Of a stretch of 64,000 nucleotides of DNA, positions 59,205-64,000 are shown one piece after another. Under the pieces are notes generated by a model, which ran no database searches, was not told where the DNA came from, and worked only from the letters and a program-made list of their open reading frames with translations. A program made the position numbers and the translations under genes. The stretch comes from an uncultured Verrucomicrobiae bacterium. GTDB taxonomy: Bacteria; Verrucomicrobiota; Verrucomicrobiia; Chthoniobacterales; JAFAMB01. Positions within the stretch are counted from its first letter, which is position 1. Every line of letters begins with the position of its first letter. Location: the NCBI GenBank assembly GCA_963837955.1, contig CAWIPH010000002.1, positions 3,069,175 through 3,133,174 on the forward strand. The letters run 5' to 3'.

Positions 59205-60665
59205 GGTCCGGTTTCACATTTGGGTGACACTTTTGTGTCACTAATTGGGTGACACTTGGAAGGCGAAATGGCCACGGGGTGTGTCAGAGAAAAGGTAACA
59301 CTTTGGCGGAAAACGGATGGATTGAAAAGGGTGGTGAAAAGAGGGCCAAACTCCGAGGCTTATGCCTTGGAAAGAGACGAATAGTCGGAGGGAGCGAGGA
59401 AGATTTCTAGCAACGGTTCAAAGCGCCAATGAGACTTTTAAGCTCATCTGCCAAAGTTTTGGAATCAGTCGCAAGACCGGTTACAAATGGCGAAAGAGGG
59501 TCGAAGAGGAAGGAAATAAAAGTTTAGGAGACCGCCCAAAGGGTCCCAAGCAAGGAGCGAGAGAGCCCGAGATCGAAGCCTTGATCTTGAAGCTTAAGAA
59601 GAGGCATCCGTTTTGGGGATCCAAGAAGATTCAGGCGCTCTTAAGTCGGCAATTGTCCGAAGCAGAGCAGCCCTCGCGCTCGAGAGTTCATCGAGTGCTT
59701 GCCAGAGCCGGGTTGGTCAAGGGCAAGAAGCGCCGACGAAAAGGGCCGGTGGTCGTTATTGAACGCTGGAGCAAAGACCAAGACTGTAACGAAATTTGGG
59801 GAGTCGATTTCAAGGGATGGTTTCGGACCGGGGATCAGACCAAGTGCTTTCCCCTGACGGTCAGCGATTATTATAGCCGCTTCATCCTGTGCTTTGAGCT
59901 CTTGAGCTCCGAAAGGATGAACCTAGTCCAGGAGCGGCTTCTGAAGGTGTTTGCTCGCTATGGCCGACCCAAGGCGATTCGAGTCGACAACGGCCGGCCC
60001 TTTGGCGGTGGCAACGTGCTGGGGCTCACTCAGCTCAGCCTCCAATGGCGTTTGGCCGGAATCGAGGTGCAATTTATCGACCCGGCAAGTCCCTATCAAA
60101 ATGGGCGTCATGAGCGCCTGCACCTGAGCTACCAGAGTGAACTTTGCCAGCCACCAGGCTGGGATTTTGGCAACCAGGCAATTCGGACCCGTCGCTGGGT
60201 CAAAGAATTTAACTGTCAACGCCCCCATGAGGCTTTGAAAATGCGTTGCCCGGCCGAGATCTACAGCAAATCTTCGCTCCAATATCTTCCGCCCAAGAAG
60301 CCGTTTTCTTATGCTGGCTTGCCCCAAAGAAGAGTGGATAAAAAAGGCGACCTTTGGTGGGGCAATCAACGCTATTTCATCAGTGAGGCCTTCAGTGGAT
60401 ATGACGTTGGCCTCAAGTTCATCACCTCCGGAGTCTACGAGATCTATTTGACCCATTTGCTCCTGGGCACTTTGCACGAGGCTGAATTTTTCGAATTCCG
60501 TCCGACGGTCGAAATTCGAAAAACTCAGCCTGCACTCCCCACCAAAATGTCACCCAATCGTGAAACACGTAGCGGCACTGATAAGCTAAAAGTGTCACCC
60601 AAATTATGACACACAGTGTCACCTCAATAGTGACACAAATGTGTTACCCAGACTCGAAACACACA
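59205..60665 (+). mobile_element. IS481-family insertion sequence inserted in a REP, flanked by AGGA
   Basis: AGGA at 59201-59204 and 60666-60669; the flanks rejoin to CCCCGAAGGGGCAGG-AGGA-CTCAGCCCGGGG; ends carry arrays of GTGTCACC/GGTGACAC. Confidence 0.88.
59362..60609 (+). CDS. IS481-family DDE transposase
   Basis: MPWKE start; HTH (GISRKTGYKW); WGVDFKG, RVDNG, NGRHERLH and RPHEAL. Confidence 0.92.
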   Translation: MPWKETNSRRERGRFLATVQSANETFKLICQSFGISRKTGYKWRKRVEEEGNKSLGDRPKGPKQGAREPEIEALILKLKKRHPFWGSKKIQALLSRQLSEAEQPSRSRVHRVLARAGLVKGKKRRRKGPVVVIERWSKDQDCNEIWGVDFKGWFRTGDQTKCFPLTVSDYYSRFILCFELLSSERMNLVQERLLKVFARYGRPKAIRVDNGRPFGGGNVLGLTQLSLQWRLAGIEVQFIDPASPYQNGRHERLHLSYQSELCQPPGWDFGNQAIRTRRWVKEFNCQRPHEALKMRCPAEIYSKSSLQYLPPKKPFSYAGLPQRRVDKKGDLWWGNQRYFISEAFSGYDVGLKFITSGVYEIYLTHLLLGTLHEAEFFEFRPTVEIRKTQPALPTKMSPNRETRSGTDKLKVSPKL

Positions 60666-60978
60666 AGGACTCAGCCCGGGGTTTTAACCCGGTTTTAACC
60701 CCGGGGAACCGTCCGTCACGATCGCGCCCTCATAAGGGCGCAAGGTTCAGATGGATTACGCCGATCCCGACTGCGCGGCTAATCCAGACAGAAATTTTGT
60801 CGTTATCGGGAATAAAAAAGGCCCAGAAACGATCTTATTAGTAGACGGCTTCTACATTTTTCGCGGCGATTGCTGGCGATACGAAAGTCGTGCTGTACAA
60901 AACTTAAAGAGCGGACCGAACCGGGTCCCTCCAACGTGGACTCCGGAGCTCGGAGCGCTAGACGTTTCTTCGAATTTT

Positions 60979-61695
60979 ATGACATCATTACACGTTTTTC
61001 GCGGGTTTATGGTAGCGGCTCTCGCCGCGCTATTGCCGGGCACGATACAAACCGCGGCCGGCGGCAACATGGGAGGAGGACACAGTGGCATGGGAGGAGG
61101 ACACAGCAGCATGGGAGGACACAGCAGCATGGGAGGACACAGCAGCATGGGAGGGCGCAGCGCCATGGGAGGACGCAGCAGCATCGGAGGACGCAGCGGC
61201 ATGGGGATGGTGCCGCATTCTGCTAGCAGTCGGGGATCTAGTCGCGCATTTGGACATTGGGACCATCGCGATGATTCGTTCCGGCATCACGAATTTAACG
61301 ATTTCCATGATCGTGAGTTCGATCACGATGACCGATTCTTCCACGACCGCTTCTTCTTCGTTTTTGATTTCCCCGCGTTTGGCTACCCTGGGTGGTATCC
61401 CGACTACCCCTATTATCCCTATTACCCGTATTATGGGTATCCGTACGATTATTCCTACTATGACTACGGACGGACTTACGATTACCAGTATTGGAGTAAT
61501 CTGGCCGTGTCCGTGCAATCGAGACTTGCCCAGCGCGGCTATTACCACGGTGCGATAGACGGGGCGATTGGCTCCGGCAGCCGTCAAGCGATCCGATCCT
61601 TCCAGACGGCGCAAGGATTGCCTGTTACCGGAAAGATCGACCCCAAGTTGTTGAAGGCCTTGAGGATCAATTACAAGACTCGCAAAGTAGCCTGA
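60979..61695 (+). CDS. secreted Gly/His/Tyr-rich protein with C-terminal peptidoglycan-binding domain
   Basis: Signal peptide; MGGHSS repeats (18-bp units ~61069-61200); VQSRLAQRGYY.G.IDG..G..AIRSFQ..GLPVTG. Confidence 0.85.
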   Translation: MTSLHVFRGFMVAALAALLPGTIQTAAGGNMGGGHSGMGGGHSSMGGHSSMGGHSSMGGRSAMGGRSSIGGRSGMGMVPHSASSRGSSRAFGHWDHRDDSFRHHEFNDFHDREFDHDDRFFHDRFFFVFDFPAFGYPGWYPDYPYYPYYPYYGYPYDYSYYDYGRTYDYQYWSNLAVSVQSRLAQRGYYHGAIDGAIGSGSRQAIRSFQTAQGLPVTGKIDPKLLKALRINYKTRKVA

Positions 61696-61884
61696 TGCTC
61701 CTCCCTTCGTTCCCCCAAAACCCAAAACTCCGGCGGAGGGAGTCGGCTGTGATTAGTGATTAGGTTAGTGAGAGGGCGGTGGGAGAGTTCTGCCGAGGGC
61801 TGCCGATAGGCACCGCCATCCACCAATCATTTTTCACTTATCACAATCGCTGCTGCCTTGGGTTCCTGAGCCGGGAGGATCAGG

Positions 61885-62883
61885 CTACTTGGCAACGGTA
61901 TAAACCAAGACCTTGGCCGCCTGCGACCCACGGTGGGGTACAGCGACATAGAGGCGACCGGAGGTTGGCTGAAAGAACCCAGTCCTTGCTCCTGGCGCTG
62001 TTGGTATTCTTTCAACGCGCTCGTAATGATCCGGGTCACGTTGCCGGAGAACCTCCACGGCACCCTCGCCACCTATGACGTAGAGAAATTTCCTGTCGAC
62101 ATCGTAGAAAACATCGTCGGTGTCACCAACAGTGGGTAACGTAACAACGATCCGCCCCGAACTCGTATCCAGAACAACCAGGCGCGCAGGTAATCTGCAT
62201 CCGATGAATAGCCTTTTGTTACTGTCATCCAAAGCCATCGGATAATTTGCCAACACACCTCCCAGTCCCCATTTGGCAACAGTTCCGCGTGTTTTCCGAT
62301 CAATCACAGCAACGCCAAACTGCTTCGGGACATTTGCGTAAACGCGACCTCCGTTCTCCTCGAACTGGAAGGATTCGGGATGCGATCCGAGTTCGACCGA
62401 ACCGGCTTTTTGACCAGTCGAGTTTACAATGCCGATTCCCCCGTTTCCGTAGCCTACCCAGATGTCTCCGGTCTGACGGTCATACCGGACATTGTCGGCG
62501 TCATCACCAAACTCCAGCGTTTCTTGCAGAGCTAGAGATTTGCCATCGTAGACCCGCAGCTTACCGTCTCCTCCGCTGGCGACATGGAGTCTCCCACTTT
62601 TCGAATCGTAGTAAACGCCCTGCGGCTCTTTGAGTCCCTTTATCTCGGCGATGCGCTCCCCTTTCCGCGTATCGAGGATTTCGACGGAGCCATTTTCGAG
62701 AGCGGCTACGAACAAACGTTGTCCAGCGACGTCCGCAGAGAAGTGGTCGATCCGACCCTCTACGCCAGGTAATGGGAATTCCTTTTCTAAATGTAGCACC
62801 TCAGCGGCTTTCCCATTGGCTGAGACAGCGGTCGTAAGCCCAACCAGGAACACGACGTGGCAAAATAGCGACCCGATTCGCAT
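61885..62883 (-). CDS. YncE-family beta-propeller protein
   Basis: GRIDHF, PQGV, DADNVRYD, HPESFQ and TAPGARTG; start uncertain. Confidence 0.8.
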   Translation of the reverse strand: MRIGSLFCHVVFLVGLTTAVSANGKAAEVLHLEKEFPLPGVEGRIDHFSADVAGQRLFVAALENGSVEILDTRKGERIAEIKGLKEPQGVYYDSKSGRLHVASGGDGKLRVYDGKSLALQETLEFGDDADNVRYDRQTGDIWVGYGNGGIGIVNSTGQKAGSVELGSHPESFQFEENGGRVYANVPKQFGVAVIDRKTRGTVAKWGLGGVLANYPMALDDSNKRLFIGCRLPARLVVLDTSSGRIVVTLPTVGDTDDVFYDVDRKFLYVIGGEGAVEVLRQRDPDHYERVERIPTAPGARTGFFQPTSGRLYVAVPHRGSQAAKVLVYTVAK

Positions 62884-62902
62884 ATCGAAAAATAACGACG
62901 AC

Positions 62903-63382
62903 TCAACCGGCGGCAGCCGGCTTCGGTATACTTGACGGGAACCAGAGATGCTTTTCGCCACGGCAGAATTTCAACCATCGATACAGGCCATCATAAACGA
63001 CAAACCCGTCCCGAAGCATCGCGTGATCATCATCACCGTGCAGGTTAGAGAGACCCAAGGAAATCGCAAATAAACCGGCGCTCTCCGGCGTTAGAGTGTG
63101 CCGATCCGTATCCGCGCCACGCACAATCAATGCTAGATAGTGTAGTTCTAGCTCGTCCAGATTGTACTTTTTGAGAAACGCATCAAAACTGCAAAGCTCT
63201 CCATCATGGGTGAGTTCTACTCCGTGCACATCATAAGGGATCGCATCCAGCTCTTGAGCTTTTCCGATGACCTGATCCGGCGGTACGAAAATAAACTCCG
63301 CTTTGGTATCGATAAAGCGAGAGATTAACCATGGACATGCCACGCGGTCGATTTTCGGGCGTTCGCGAGTAATCCAACGCAT
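62903..63382 (-). CDS. chromate resistance ChrB C-terminal domain protein
   Basis: MRWITRERPKIDRVACPWLI.RFID, CSFD and IVRGAD. Confidence 0.9.
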   Translation of the reverse strand: MRWITRERPKIDRVACPWLISRFIDTKAEFIFVPPDQVIGKAQELDAIPYDVHGVELTHDGELCSFDAFLKKYNLDELELHYLALIVRGADTDRHTLTPESAGLFAISLGLSNLHGDDDHAMLRDGFVVYDGLYRWLKFCRGEKHLWFPSSIPKPAAAG

Positions 63383-63417
63383 AGTTAGAGTTGGTCAGAG
63401 TTGGTTGTGCGGACTCG

Positions 63418-64000
63418 TTATTGGTTGGCAGCCATTGACTCCGTGCTGATGGCGGACTTGACGCCTTCAGCTAAAGCTATTGCTTTGCCCCGGCCGTAGT
63501 AGTGCAAGAAGATCATCCGCGGGTTTTCTCCAATCATGTGCTGGTGGATAGCAACGATGTTAATCCCGTTGCGGCGAAGCGTTTTGAGGACCGTCTGAAG
63601 CTCGTTTTCAAGTATGACAAAATCGCCAACGACGAGCGCGTCGTCAGGTGTACCAGCGAATGCCGCCCAGGTGTTGACTCCCATCGTATTTCCGACGGTG
63701 CATCCGCACGCCATTTTTGTCTCGCGCCCGATCGTCACCTTATACATGCCATCCTTCGCATCGCCCTTTTGGGCAAAAACCTGGCTAATGGCTTCGCCCT
63801 CAATCGAGTTCTTCTCGGGCAGCTGGCTCAAGCCGAAAGATTTTGCCGGCTGAGGATTCGCCGTGCGGATCTCCTTCACTTTATCAAAGATTGCCCGCAC
63901 GCCTTCCGCCAATTTATCCACGGAGCCTTCACCGCCGATGTGCATGAAATAAACCTTCGGTTCGTCGAAGAAGAAGTGGTTATGGAGGGCGGTGACTTCC
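63418..64000 (-). CDS. DUF1259 (LppY/LpqO) family protein; 5' end lies beyond the window
   Basis: MGVNTWAAF, GDF and IVAIHQHM..PRMIFLHY; the frame stays open to the window edge (LHNHFF). Confidence 0.85.
   Translation of the reverse strand, partial: EVTALHNHFFFDEPKVYFMHIGGEGSVDKLAEGVRAIFDKVKEIRTANPQPAKSFGLSQLPEKNSIEGEAISQVFAQKGDAKDGMYKVTIGRETKMACGCTVGNTMGVNTWAAFAGTPDDALVVGDFVILENELQTVLKTLRRNGINIVAIHQHMIGENPRMIFLHYYGRGKAIALAEGVKSAISTESMAANQ

Overview
Bacterial chromosomal window, probably from a soil Verrucomicrobium of the Spartobacteria/Chthoniobacterales type (inferred from gene content and REP-like repeat style, not proven). The first ~30 kb is mostly housekeeping and metabolism: tsaB/tsaE/thiL, dtd, glgP, a TIM-barrel/RibD/cyclase/KAS cluster, acyl-CoA dehydrogenases with ETF and a FadF-like Fe-S protein, a phosphoesterase and yebC. 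From ~30.2 kb to the end is a large metal/metalloid-handling region. It holds an ArsR-controlled Cys-rich operon built around a bacterial MtrA-like (corrinoid-type) protein, facing a MerR-controlled merT/merP operon that has no merA or merB in the window. It also holds cadD, an acyl-CoA dehydrogenase/SBP-like/radical-SAM/glycosyltransferase cluster, a Cus-type RND system with an ECF sigma/anti-sigma/metal-sensor set, and chrB-linked genes. Two insertion-sequence families sit inside host REP palindromes. One is an IS110-family element whose downstream non-coding region contains guide segments matching its own target and donor junction (bridge/seek RNA). The other is an IS481-family element, plus a 505-bp non-autonomous relative with a highly structured interior. 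No rRNA, tRNA or CRISPR array was seen.
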